64,000 bases of DNA from NCBI GenBank assembly GCA_964291265.2, contig OZ219747.1, positions 1,696,001 through 1,760,000 of the forward strand. The letters are read 5' to 3'. The notes under the pieces were generated by a model that saw nothing but the letters and a program-made list of their open reading frames with translations, did no database searches and was not told where the DNA came from. The stretch's first letter is position 1. Each line of letters starts with the position of its first letter. This document shows positions 1 through 10,877 of this stretch, piece by piece. This DNA comes from Alphaproteobacteria bacterium (GTDB lineage: Bacteria > Pseudomonadota > Alphaproteobacteria > SP197). A program made the position numbers and the translations under genes.

Positions 1-104
1 CCTGCGAAGCGGTCGACCGCTTCCTGGAGAGGGAGGGGGTGCTGGCGACGCTGACCGATCCCGGCGCGGCCAACCGCTGGAAGGCCGAGGGAGAGGACCG
101 GTGA
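1..104 (+). CDS. 3' end of a small protein, probably the first member of the RHH/MobC-like triplet (truncated by the window edge)
   Basis: Frame from nt 3 reads CEAVDRFLEREGVL...GEDR* and ends in a GTGA overlap with the next ORF; EAVDRFLERE resembles AEVDGWLDDE at the end of 55759-56088. Confidence 0.45.
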   Translation, partial: CEAVDRFLEREGVLATLTDPGAANRWKAEGEDR

Positions 105-394
105 GCCGTCCCCTCAAGCGCCAGCGGGCCGTCTACGCACGACCGGATGACCAGGCCCTGATCCGCACACAGGCGGCGAAGCGGGGCAAGTCGATCTCCC
201 GGTATCTCGTCGACCTTGCCCTCGAGGATGATCCCGACATTCATCCGCTGCATCTCTCGCCTGCCGAGCAGAGGGAGGCCCTCGATGGCATCCGCGCCTT
301 CGACCGGCTGAGCCGGTCCTTGCGGCAGGATCTTCCGGGCGCCGAGGGTCTCAACCTCTTCGGCATCGAAGCGCTCTCCCGGACGTTGCCATGA
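101..394 (+). CDS. Ribbon-helix-helix / MobC-like relaxosome accessory protein
   Basis: RQRAVYA strand followed by DQALIRTQAAKRGKSISRYLVDLAL (RHH pattern); translationally coupled; next to a relaxase. Confidence 0.65.
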   Translation: MSRPLKRQRAVYARPDDQALIRTQAAKRGKSISRYLVDLALEDDPDIHPLHLSPAEQREALDGIRAFDRLSRSLRQDLPGAEGLNLFGIEALSRTLP

Positions 395-906
395 GACGGC
401 CCCGCCGCCGGCAAGGAAGCCGGAAGCAGTCGAAGCACATCGTGATCGCGGCGACGGACGCCGAATGGGAGACCATCAAGGCCCATGCGGCGAGCCGAGG
501 ACAGTCCTGCGCCCGCTACCTCATCGACCTCGTGAAGAGGGATGCCGCGGAGAGGGATGTCGACCGCCCGGTGGTGCTGACGGCCGAGGAGCAGCGCGAA
601 CTCCTGGAGAGCGTCAGAGCGGCCTGTGCTCGCCTGACCGGCGGCGTGGCCGACGCGACGCCGCTTGTCGTCGACATGCAGGTGCGGACCGCGGCCGCCT
701 TCATGGCCTATGCCGACGTCATGGCGAAGAAGGGCCACGGGCGGGAACTCCATCATCGCCTCGCCGACATCGTCGGGGAGGAGACGGCAAGACGGATCCT
801 CGCCGACGCCGGCACGCAGAAGGAAGAGCGCCCGTCGGCGGTGCAGGTCGACACGGCGCCGGAACCGGCGACACTCTTCGACCTGCTGGACGAAGGCGAC
901 ACCTGA
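391..906 (+). CDS. Ribbon-helix-helix / MobC-like protein
   Basis: KHIVIAATDAEWETIKAHAASRGQSCARYLIDLV; ATGA overlap; paralogous to 56431-56853. Confidence 0.65.
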   Translation: MRRPRRRQGSRKQSKHIVIAATDAEWETIKAHAASRGQSCARYLIDLVKRDAAERDVDRPVVLTAEEQRELLESVRAACARLTGGVADATPLVVDMQVRTAAAFMAYADVMAKKGHGRELHHRLADIVGEETARRILADAGTQKEERPSAVQVDTAPEPATLFDLLDEGDT

Positions 907-3900
907 TGCCGCCGCCCTACATCGAGAAGCCACGGGACCGTCCCCTCGACTGATCGATCTTCCGAGCCTCCTGCAGTCGTGCGGCGCGCAGGGATTCGTC
1001 TTCCCATGGACGGCGGACGCAGCCGCGCGAGGCAAGTTCGGGTTCGCGCTGGTAGATCATCTCACCGACCTCTGGAGCATTCTCCAGTCCCCAGGACCGA
1101 TCGACCTTCAGGGTCACGAGCCGGCCCCGCCATGACGTGCCATCTGAGACCTCTTCGACCGTGGCCTCGACCTGGGGCGTGTCGCCCTCGACAACGACCC
1201 CGTCCTTGAACAGGTCGGGATCCCGCACGCACGTCCAGCGGATGCGGTCGCCGGCCACCACGCCGTCATCGCAAGGGATGCTGAACATGCCGTCGGGCGT
1301 CGCATACTGACGAGCGACCTCCCTGTCGCGCAAGGTCTCGTCGAACCACAGGCAGCGCCTGAGACCACTCTGGACGGCAAGCGTCCGGATCCGGTATCCG
1401 TCGAGGCTCACGCTCTCGCCCGTGCCTGCCAGGGGCTCGAGGATGACCGTGTTCGACCTGTCGTCGCTCGGGACGACATGGAGGCGCCTGACAATCATGT
1501 CGTGCACGCCTGCCGCGTCATGCCAGGAGAGCCGGTCTCCCCGCACCAACGGGTCGCGGCCGTCCCACGGGATCGTCCGGGCGGACCCTGGCGCCGCCTG
1601 CCGGATCTCCTTCCAGGCATGGCGCAGCCTGACGAGGTGAACGGCGCGGTCCCTCTCCTCGCGCAGCGCCTCGGCGCGGGCGAGCCAGTCCGGCGCCGCC
1701 TCGATGATCCGGGCGATGCGGTCCGGATCGTGCCCGAGGGCCCGCATATGGAGGGCAAGGACATCCCGGCCCATCCTCGCGTCCAGCGCGGCCGCATCGT
1801 CGATGAGGGCCCGCGCCTCGCGAGACCATGCGGCCAGGCCGACGGCGCCGGCATCCGGGCGGCCGGCCTCCAGGCGCAGCGCTTGCCCGGCAAGGCGGCT
1901 CGCCTCCCGGCGGTCCTCCTCCCAGCCCGTGATGCGGGACTTCCAGGCGTCGAGGGACCGGCCGAGTCCGGGCTCGAGTTCCTCAACCGCCTCCAGCCGA
2001 CCGATGCACTCCCGGAGCTTCGCCAGGTTGCCGTCATCGAGGGGGTGGACCGACGACGGCAACCTCCCGATGGCTTCCGCGAGGCGGGTGAACGCCTCGG
2101 TCTCCATGCGGACCAGGGATGCCGCGATACCGGCAACCGCGCGGTCGATCCTGGCTTTGGCGTCGGCCATGTCGTCTGCCGTGACGCCGCGCGACTGCCA
2201 CCGATCCGGCAGCGCCCGGCCCTCGTTCATCAGGACGTTCGCCCGTTGATGGAGGTCGTCGCGGCCCTCGGACGGAACAGCAGGCGGCATGCGGGCAACC
2301 TCGTCCTGCCAGGCGGCCACCCGGGTTTGCCACGCGGCCAGCTCCTCGCCGGCGTGCGTCGTCTCGAGCATGCCGGGCAGACCGTCGATGCGATGTCCGA
2401 GGCCGTGTGGATCGATGCCGCGGGCGCGGCAATGGGAGCTCCATGCAACCGTGTCGCGCGGTGGCAGGAGGGCGATCAACTCCTCGGTGTCCCTGGCCCG
2501 TCGCCGCCAGTCGAGCGCATCCGGCGCTCCGACCGTCGGCCGGGCGGCCTTCAGATCCTGCAAGGCCGTGGCCACCTGCGCCACCAGGTCGCGCCGGGCG
2601 CCCCAGACATCGTCCTGCGCCGTCACCCGCCGGGCCAGTTCCGTCACCGTCCCGTCATCCTCGTCATCGACAACGTTCCGGACGTCGTCCACGAGATCCG
2701 TCCACCCGTCGATGTCGCAGGGGAGAACACCGGCAGCATCGGCCCGGGCCTTGAGGTCGTCGAGACGCCACCTCAAGTAAGCGTGATCGAGGTTGACGAG
2801 AGCCCTTTCCATGTCACGCACTGTGCGTTCCGTGAGGGTCCGCGAGTCCGGGTCCGCCGCGAGGTATGGCGCATGGCCGGGTGAGGTCAGCAGGACCCGC
2901 GCCTTGTCGAGCCAGGCCCCGGCGTCGCGCCGCCACGCCAGCACCGCCGGAGCGCGAGGATCGACGCCGGTCCCGGGTTCGAGGGCGATGGCTCCCAGGA
3001 GTTCGCTCCCGGTCCCCGGATGCCGGGTCACCTCGTTCATGAGGACATGCTGGCGCTCATCGAAGACCCGCCATGCCTCGATCACGCGGCGTTCCCCTTC
3101 CTCCAACCCCTTCTCGGCCATCAGCGTCCTGGCCGTGGCGGCCAGGTCCCGGTAGTCGTCCCGCAGCAGCGCCGCCTCTCCGGCAAGGCGCGGTTCCATC
3201 TCCTCCCAGCGGCGACGAAAGGCTTCCACGCCGGCCTTCGCCATGACGCGCATCAGGCGGGCCACCGAGGCCTCGACGGCAGACGCCGCGTGCGCGAAAC
3301 CCGGAACCGGCGGCGAGGCCTCGAGCCAGCGCGACGCGGTCCTGAACAGACGAAGGCCGCGCTCCATCCACGGTATCATGCGGGGGAGATCCGGCCCGGA
3401 CCCGCCGGAGGAAGCCCAGGCGAGTTCCGGCCAGCACCGCCAGTGACCGGTGATGTCGTCGATCAGGGTCCGCACTTCCCGTTCCGCCGCCTTCGCCGCT
3501 GCGTGGGCAGTGAGACGTTCCTGCGTGAAGGCGCGCAGATCGTCGGGCAGATCCTCGATGGCCGCGAAGGAGGCGATGCGCGCCATCACCTCGTCATGGC
3601 CGGCCACGGTGGAATGAGGGCGTCCGGTGCGCTTTGTCTCGTCCTCGATCGTCTTCCAGTCGGCGATGAGAGCCGCCGCCTCGTCGAGGTCCACCACCGC
3701 GGCATCGAAGTCCTCGCCCAGGACCTCCAGGGCGTTGTCCGGCACGTCGGGCGACGTCTCGAGAGCTTCGATCAGCGCCTCGCGGTCGTCGGTAAGCAAA
3801 GAGAACCCTTCCGAGGCCCGGCTCACCTCGACATAGAAGAGGTCCTGGTTCGCCATGCCACCGGCATCGAGGACGGCGATGACCTTGGGCGCGGTCCTCC

Positions 3901-6196
3901 CCTGGGCGCCGTGGACCGTCGAACTCCAGGCATGGTCGAGGTGGCGCAGCTGGGGATGCGCGCGGGCCAGGGAGAAGGTCTCGCCGCCCGCCGTCTCCAT
4001 CGTCACCCTCCTGGAGCCGATCTCCCTGACGAGAGCCTCCTCTCCGTTCACCAGTTCGGGATGAGGGCTGCGTCCGGCCCGGGCCTTGAGATTGCGGGTC
4101 CAGCGTATCCGGTCGCCCGCCCGGATCTCGATGGGCGCCGTCTCGTAGACACCGAGGTTGCGGGCGGCGTTGCCCGAGGGCCGGAAGCGCCGCTCCCTGC
4201 CGTCGTCATGATCGAGGACGATGGCGTCGTCCCCGACCGAGCGAACGAGGCAGACGTCGTCGCGCCGGCAGCCGTAGGCGTCGCGGTGGAAGACCACCTC
4301 GTCGCCCACGTGGTAGCTGGCGGCAAGCGCCGCCTGCTGGCGGGTGAGGCGGCGGGGCACCAGGCGCTGGATGGTGAGCGTATTCCCGTGGAGAACGCCT
4401 TCCTCGGCCAGGCGCGAGCGGATTGCGTCGTTGATCTGGCGCCTCATCGCGTGGGTGGGAGCCAGCACTGCACAGCGCTTCCGGTCCTCCGGCGACAGCG
4501 CCAGCCATCGTCGGGCAGCCTCGGCGCCCAGAACCTCGCGGTGGTGCTCCCGCACCCGGTTGTCGAGGCGGGTGATGGCCTCGCGGGCCTCGCCCTCCCG
4601 GGCATGGGCCACCGCCACCTCGAGATCCGGGTCCTTCTGCCGCAGCACCTCATCCATCACCGCCGTCGTCATCCCGGCCTTCTGCAACAGCCCGAAGGGC
4701 TGCCCGGCGGTGATCGACTTCAGCTGAGCCGTGTCGCCCGTCAGCACCACCCGCGCCACGCCGAGCTCAGTTGCGATGTGGAGCAGCTCCTTCATCTGCA
4801 CCGTGCCGATCATCGAGGCCTCGTCGACGGCGAGGATGCGCCCCTGGAAGTCCTCCCGGGCCCTCTGCAGGCGGACCGGGTCGGAGAGGTCCCGGTGGCG
4901 CGTCAGGAACCACTGCAACGTGCGGGACGCGATGCCCGCCTCCTTCCGCAGGACCCGCGCCGCAGTCGCCGAAGGCGCCAGGCCGACGATGTTCTCACGC
5001 CCTGCCAGATCGGCCACGCTCTTCAGCATGGTGGTCTTCCCCGATCCCGCATGCCCCTGGATGCCCACGATGAGATCGGGCGCCAGCAGGATGGTGCGCA
5101 CCGCGTCCGCCTGGCCCCGGGTGAGGCGTGTTCCGGCGAGATGCGCCTCGACATCCTCCTGTTCCGCCAGGGCCCGGGCCGTGTCAACGCCCTCGCGGTG
5201 GAGTTCCAGGATGCGCCTCTCGGCCTTCACCGCTCCATCGGTGACGAAGGACCGGTCCGAGCCCTTCGCAGGCGTTTCGATCAGGATGCCCTCGGCCACC
5301 AGGCGGTCAATGGCGGCATCGACCTCGGGAAGGGCGTAGCGCCCCGGTGCAGAACCGAGAGCCAGCGTGCGGATGGCGCGTTCCGGAATCACCGTGCGAC
5401 GTTCCTCGTAATGCGCGACCGCCCGGCAGACCGCCTCCAGAACCCCTGTCTCGGGCGCCATGACGAGTTCCGGCGGAGCATGGCCGGATGGGAAGGCGCC
5501 GCGGATCCGTATCGGGTCGGCCCGTGGCAGGCCGACCTCGGCGCCGTCGCCGACCTTCGGCACGGCGGGCGACCGCCGCCGCCTGCGCCGTTCGTTCAAC
5601 GCCAGGCCGGCGTCAGGATCGGCGGGAAGCGGCGTCCTCTCGCCCGTCACCGGATCGCTCGGGCGCGGCGGCGCCAGGGCCTCCACGTCGCGGGTGAGAC
5701 CCAGCGAACGCGCCCGTTCTCGCCATTGCGGCACCAGTTCGTCGAGACCCGCTTCCACCTTGCGACGGCGGGTGTGGAGAGTCGCCTTCTGCAGCGCCTC
5801 CTTCGTGTGCGGCAACCCGTGCTCGTCGAGATACCTCAGGATCTCGCGGCGCCGCCCCGAAAAGGCGTCGAGGAAGGCCTGATCGTAGCCTGCCAGCTCG
5901 AAACCCGGAACGTCTCCCACCATGCGAGGCGTGATGGCGAACCCCAGGGCTGTCAGCCGCGCGGCGAGTTCGTTGCGGTAGTGGGCGCCGATCAGGCGCT
6001 CGTTGCGGCGCAGCAACGTTGGTTCGATCGATCGCTGTCGGCGGCGATTTAGAACGGCGGGATATTGGCGGAGAACCGCTCTTTTGGGCGCTGATCGTGT
6101 GAGTGGGTGACCACGACAGGAGAACGTGCGGCATTGGACGAAGGTCCGCCCGGTCTTTGTTTTCTGCCTATTGTTGGATCCCATTGGTCTTGCATT

Positions 6197-6530
6197 GACG
6201 TTGACGATGTCGTTCCGGTCGGCGTTTTCTGGCGTTCGGCGTTTGTGGAACGTGATGTGGGAGGGGAGCTTCAGGCTTTTGCGCGTGGTTTCGTTCTGGC
6301 GTTCTCCGTCCTCGTCGTGGTTCGTCGGGCGGGACGATCTCGAGGCTGGAGAGCTGACGGTTTCTGTTGCGCTGGGCGAAGAGGCTGCGTGCGTTGCGGT
6401 TGCGGCGGCGCAGGGTGCGGCAGGCGTCGAGTGTTTTCGGGCGGATGCTGCGACCTGTGAGCCAGTCCGGCGGCGGATCGGGCGTTGCTGCGGCTCAGCG
6501 GCTGCGGCAGTCTCGTGATGTGGTGTCGTT
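6197..6530 (-). pseudogene. Diverged, internally deleted second copy of the TOPRIM primase gene
   Basis: 6201-6323 aligns to 7331-7453 and 6323-6528 to 7701-7906; W-to-TGA change in the FRSLW-equivalent segment. Confidence 0.75.
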
Positions 6531-7126
6531 TGGACGGCCCGGGGGTTTCCCGGGGAGGCTGAGAGGCGCGTCGGGGTGAGACGTTCTCATTCCTGGATGG
6601 TAACGCGTGACCGCGTTCAAGGGTCTTGCGAGATTACGTGTCCCTTCCGTAGCCGCGTGGCGGTTCGATGTCCTCGAGAGCCTCGATGTCGGCATCGGCG
6701 ACGATCTGCAGGCGTTCTCCGTAAGGCGTGTCACGGAGGGTTTCGGGGATGCTGTCGAGGCGGTCACGCCATTCGTCCTGCAGGGTGCGGCAGGCGTTGA
6801 GTGTTTTCGGGCGGATGCTGCGACCTGTAAGCCAGTCCGGCCAGCGGCTGCGGCAGTCTCGTGATGCGGTGTCGTTTGGACGGCCCGGGAGTTTCCCGGG
6901 GAGGCTGAGCGGCGCGTCGGGGTGAGACGTTCTCATTCCTGGATGGTAACGCGTGACCGCGTTCAAGGGTCTTGCGGGATCACGTATCCCTTCCGTAGCC
7001 GCGTGGCGGTTCGATGTCCTCGAGGGCCTCGATGTCGGCATCGGCGACGATCTGCAGGCGTTCTCCGTAAGGCGTGTCACGGAGGGTTTCGGGGATGCTG
7101 TCGAGGCGGTCACGCCATTCGTCCTG
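6411..7126. repeat. Tandem duplication (370-bp unit followed by 346-bp unit)
   Basis: 6411-6780 and 6781-7126 are near-identical except for a 24-bp indel; GCAGGG(T/C)GCG microhomology at the junctions. Confidence 0.88.
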
Positions 7127-7270
7127 CAGGGCGCGCAGTTCGGCCACGGCGTCGTTCCAGCGTTGCGGTCGCGAGCGCCGGTCACGATGCTTTGGGGTGT
7201 GGACGGGAGGGATGCCGGCCTTGCGCCGTTCCCGGTATCGCCGCTGCTTTTCGGCGGGCGTGAGGGGCAT
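6980..7270 (-). CDS. Small basic hypothetical protein (96 aa), transposon passenger
   Basis: AAGGAG RBS before ATG 7270; MPLTPAEKQRRYRERRK...EPPRGYGRD; intact in both element copies. Confidence 0.7.
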   Translation of the reverse strand: MPLTPAEKQRRYRERRKAGIPPVHTPKHRDRRSRPQRWNDAVAELRALQDEWRDRLDSIPETLRDTPYGERLQIVADADIEALEDIEPPRGYGRDT

Positions 7271-7296
7271 GAGTGGTCTCCTTGTGACGGACGTGG

Positions 7297-8190
7297 TCAT
7301 GATCTCGCTTGTGGTTCTTTGGTCCTGGCGTTGACGACGTCGTTCCAGTCGGCGTTTTCCGGCGGTCTGCGTCTGTGGAACGAGACGTGGGAGGGGAGCT
7401 TCATCTTTTTGCGCAGGGTTTCGGCCTGTCGCTCTCCGGCCTCGTCGTGGTCCTGGGCGAGGACGATGGTCCTGACGTTGGGCAGGCTGCTTGCGGCGAG
7501 GCTGATCTGTTCGTGCTGTCTTCGCGAGGGTGCCCCGGCGGTGGAGAGGAAGGCGTGGCTGGGGGGACATTGGTCGATCTGGGCCAGGCTGAGGGCGTCG
7601 ACGGCGCTTTCGGTGATGACGAGGGCCTCGAGGTCCGCGGCGGTTCCGGCGCGGACGGCGAACAGGCTTCGGGTTCCACCGGTGGCGAAGCGTTTCGGTC
7701 CGTCGGGGGGACCGATCTCGAAGCCGGTGAGCTTTCGCTTCCTGTTGCGATGGGCGAAGAGGACGCGTCCGTTGTGGTCGCGGCGGACCAGGGGGCGGCA
7801 GGTGTCGAGGGTCTCCGGGAGGATGCCGCGCCCGGTGAGCCAGTCCGGGGCCGCATCGGGCGTTGCCGCGGCCCAGAGGCTGCGGAAGTCGCGTGGCGCG
7901 GTGTCGGGTGCTGTGAAGCGGGTGCAGATGTCGGCGAAGGCCAGTCCGCGGTTGAGCATGAAGTCGATGACGGTTCCGTTGTCTTCATCGTTCTGGGTGT
8001 TGAAGTAGACCCAGTGTCCGTTGTTGAGGCACTTCGTGACGAGCTTCGGCAGGCCGGGTGCGCACAGGACGGGGTTGGCGCGTGTCGAGGCCTGTTCGTC
8101 GCGGACGTATCCCCAGTCGGCGGCGATGCGTTCGAACGGCATGCGCTTGACGGCGTCGAAGTCGACGCGGCGGGGTTTATCGGGTTTCAC
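7297..8190 (-). CDS. TOPRIM-domain DNA primase-like protein (DUF3991/Toprim_2 type)
   Basis: LVITESAVDALS (TOPRIM Glu), LAQDHDEAGE (DxD), DWND, GTVIDF; GTG start overlaps the end of istB. Confidence 0.8.
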   Translation of the reverse strand: MKPDKPRRVDFDAVKRMPFERIAADWGYVRDEQASTRANPVLCAPGLPKLVTKCLNNGHWVYFNTQNDEDNGTVIDFMLNRGLAFADICTRFTAPDTAPRDFRSLWAAATPDAAPDWLTGRGILPETLDTCRPLVRRDHNGRVLFAHRNRKRKLTGFEIGPPDGPKRFATGGTRSLFAVRAGTAADLEALVITESAVDALSLAQIDQCPPSHAFLSTAGAPSRRQHEQISLAASSLPNVRTIVLAQDHDEAGERQAETLRKKMKLPSHVSFHRRRPPENADWNDVVNARTKEPQARS

Positions 8191-8878
8191 GCCTGAGCCG
8201 CCAGGAGTCGCTGTCGATGGAGATGAGGGTTGCGTCGTGCATGAGCCGGTCGACGGTGCCGGCGATGCCGGAGGCGCTGGGGAAGACGCGGTCCCACTGG
8301 GCGAAGGCGAGGCTTGTCGTGACCATGGTCGAGCGGCGCTGATAGCGCCGCGAGACGATGGCGTAGAGGATGTCGGCATGGTGGCTTTCGAGGGTCACGT
8401 AGCCGATTTCGTCGAGGACGAGCAGGCGGGGCCTGGCGAGGATCGCGAGGCGGCGGCGCAGCTCGCTGCGCGAGACGGTCTCGGCGAGTGCCTCGAGCAG
8501 TTCCGGCGCCTTCTCGAAGCGGACGGTGTGGCCGTGCAGCAGGGCCTGGTGCGCCACGTTGGCGGCGATCATGGTCTTTCCGGTGCCCTGCCCGCCGACG
8601 AGCACGGCGTTGTCCGCACGGTCGACGAAGCCGAGGCCGAGGAGCGCTTCGACATGAGCCCGGCTGATGTCGCGCGGCCATGTCCAGTCGAAGTCCGCCA
8701 GGGGCTTGAAGGCGGGCAGCCGCGCCGCGGCGCGGCGGCGCTCGTGGCTGCGGGCCCTGCGGGCCTGTTCCTCGCCGCTGACCACCTCCTCGATCCATGC
8801 GGTCCCGGCGACCTCGTCCCAGCGTTCGACGAGCCCGTGGAGGCCGAGCGCCCGGGCACGCTCCCTGAGCTCGCTCAT
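8177..8878 (-). CDS. istB: IS21-family helper ATPase IstB
   Basis: KPLADFDW, Walker A GGQGTGKT, Walker B LLVLDEIGY, VDRLMH; ATGA overlap with istA. Confidence 0.92.
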   Translation of the reverse strand: MSELRERARALGLHGLVERWDEVAGTAWIEEVVSGEEQARRARSHERRRAAARLPAFKPLADFDWTWPRDISRAHVEALLGLGFVDRADNAVLVGGQGTGKTMIAANVAHQALLHGHTVRFEKAPELLEALAETVSRSELRRRLAILARPRLLVLDEIGYVTLESHHADILYAIVSRRYQRRSTMVTTSLAFAQWDRVFPSASGIAGTVDRLMHDATLISIDSDSWRLRRETR

Positions 8879-10368
8879 GTCTTGTTCCTGGCGCTGGCTT
8901 CGGGCCTGTCGTAGGCGTCGAGAGCGGTCCCCCGCGGCGTCGTGCCACGGCCGCCGCGGCCGTCGTCGGCGATGCTGAGGGGCGGCAGGCCCTGCTCCCG
9001 GCGGCGCTCCTCGATGATGACGCGCACGGTTTCGGGGTGGCACGAGCCGCGCTCCAGCGCCGTGGCGACAGCCCGGTCGAGAGCGTCGGCGCCGTGCGCG
9101 TTGAGAAGCGTCTCCAGCATCCGGGCGCAGGAGGCCACGTTGCGCCCGTTGGTCCCGGCGCGCGCCAGCATCTCCTCGGCCCGCGGCACGGTGCGCAGGA
9201 CCCGGTCGCGGACGCTCATGGAGCGGGCCCGCCGCTTGCCCGCGGCGATCGCCCTGGCATGCTCCGGATCGGTGACGGCCTGCTTCCTGTCGTAGGAGCG
9301 TCGGTGGCGCGCGACCTCGTCGGCGCCGTCGAGGATGCGGACCTCGTCGCGGTCGGCGACCAGCGTCAGCAGGGCCTTGGAGAAGCTACCCGGAACGCTG
9401 TAGTCGTTGGTGTCGAAGCGGGCGTGGCAGGTCTTGTCGATGCGCACCGGGCGGACCTCGTGATGCGGGAAGGGGTCGACGGGAAGGACGATCAGGTGCT
9501 CCCTCTCCCGGGCGAAGGCGTCCCGCACCAGGAGACTGTCGTCGTCCGGCCAGGGCCGCTCCGCGGCGGCGCCGAAGCACCACTCCCGAACCGCGGCGTT
9601 GAGCTCGCCGAGCGGGACCGTGATGTCGCGCCCGGCGAAGAACCCGGTGCGCGCGAAGCGCACACGGCGTTCCACGCGGCCCTTCTCCTGCGGGCTCCTG
9701 GGCCAGGCGGCGCTCGGTTCGAAGGCATAGTGGGCCGCGAGGCCGAGCAGCATCGGATGATAGGTGACCGCCTTGCCGCGGCGCGTCACCACGGCACTCT
9801 TCAGGTTGTCGTACAGAAGCCTCCGCGGCACACCCCCGAATGCCGCGAAAGCCTCGACATGGCCTTGCAGGAAGCTGGCCATCCGCGCGTCGTGGAACAG
9901 GCTCAGGACAGTCTGGCGCGAGTAGCTGAGGGTGACGAGAAGCCCCATGAGCCTGCGCTCCGCCCGGCCAATGCGGACCTTCCCGAACTCGGCCCAGTCA
10001 ACCTGCGCCTGCTCGCCCGGAAGGAAGCTCAGCCGCAGCGACGGCTCGGGCCTCTTCACCGGCCTCAGCCCGAGGCGGCGCAGGTCGTGACGGAAGTGAT
10101 CCTCGCCGCCGCGGTAGCCCAGGGCCACGACCTGTCGCCAGAGCGTGCTGGCCGGAAGGTCCGGCGACGCCTCAAGACGCTCCCCGAGGAAGGCAACGAA
10201 GGGGTCGATGAGCTTGGCCCGCGGCCGCCGCTCCTGCCCCGACGCCTTGAGCGCCCGCGTCACCGTGCCGTGGTGCACGCCGAGATGCCGGGCAATCGTC
10301 CCCACAGCCCAGCCCTCGGCCCGCGACAGCCGCACGATCGTCGCCCGCGTGTCCTCGTCGATCGCCAT
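8875..10368 (-). CDS. istA: IS21-family DDE transposase IstA
   Basis: N-terminal HTH, PGEQAQVDW, GGVPRRLLYDNLKSAV, PQEKGRVER, FDTNDYSVP. Confidence 0.93.
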   Translation of the reverse strand: MAIDEDTRATIVRLSRAEGWAVGTIARHLGVHHGTVTRALKASGQERRPRAKLIDPFVAFLGERLEASPDLPASTLWRQVVALGYRGGEDHFRHDLRRLGLRPVKRPEPSLRLSFLPGEQAQVDWAEFGKVRIGRAERRLMGLLVTLSYSRQTVLSLFHDARMASFLQGHVEAFAAFGGVPRRLLYDNLKSAVVTRRGKAVTYHPMLLGLAAHYAFEPSAAWPRSPQEKGRVERRVRFARTGFFAGRDITVPLGELNAAVREWCFGAAAERPWPDDDSLLVRDAFAREREHLIVLPVDPFPHHEVRPVRIDKTCHARFDTNDYSVPGSFSKALLTLVADRDEVRILDGADEVARHRRSYDRKQAVTDPEHARAIAAGKRRARSMSVRDRVLRTVPRAEEMLARAGTNGRNVASCARMLETLLNAHGADALDRAVATALERGSCHPETVRVIIEERRREQGLPPLSIADDGRGGRGTTPRGTALDAYDRPEASARNKT

Positions 10369-10400
10369 GAACTCCCTCCCTTTGGTTCCTCAACGCCGCA

Positions 10401-10877
10401 TCACAGGTCCCTCAGCACCACATGCGTCACGACCCGTCCGCACCGGGCGCACCGAAGCGGCGATTCGCGTCGCTCTCGCGCCTTCACAACCGCAGGTAGG
10501 GAGGTCGGCAGCAGTCGGGAAGGGTGGTCCGTAACGATTTCTTCGGAACCGGCGTCTCCAGACACCGCCGGAACGTCGCCAAGCAGCACCACAGCAGACG
10601 TCTGCGTGCCCATGATCTCGGCAAGCATCGCCGCCCTGGCCTTCAACGCACGCGCCTCCTCCGCCTTGCGGAGCCGGTAACGCCGCTGGCGGTGACGGCC
10701 CGTCTCACGGCCCCTCAGCGTGCTCTGGTAGCGACGACGCGACGCGCGGCGCCGCTCGATCCGGGACCGCTCCCTGCACTCATCGGAGCAATACACATGC
10801 CCCCGGTCACACGACCGGCAGAGAACAACCTGCCGCTGACACCGCTTGCAGTTGAACAGTCGTCCCGTCGTGCACAC
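10401..10877 (-). CDS. Cys-rich Zn-finger protein upstream of istA
   Basis: CKRC-x6-CRSC, YCSDEC, basic RHRQRRYR helix, C-terminal CARC; conserved in copy 2; GTG start inferred. Confidence 0.7.
   Translation of the reverse strand: MCTTGRLFNCKRCQRQVVLCRSCDRGHVYCSDECRERSRIERRRASRRRYQSTLRGRETGRHRQRRYRLRKAEEARALKARAAMLAEIMGTQTSAVVLLGDVPAVSGDAGSEEIVTDHPSRLLPTSLPAVVKARERRESPLRCARCGRVVTHVVLRDL

Noticed and set aside
3020-6052. Long plus-strand ORFs opposite relaxases, istA, DISARM and nrdJ (also 9037-10680, 43359-45215, 57387-62504)
   Set aside because: Antisense shadow ORFs expected at high GC; no recognisable motifs
917-6184. 1755-aa ORF as an intact gene
   Set aside because: Its first 50 or so codons come from the IS21 end; the true N-terminus is at 11362-11908
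6197-7906. Primase relic as a diversity-generating retroelement template repeat, since many mismatches are A on the coding strand
   Set aside because: By manual count only about 12 of 19 and 15 of 38 mismatches fit the adenine rule, the relic has a deletion and a stop, and no reverse transcriptase is present
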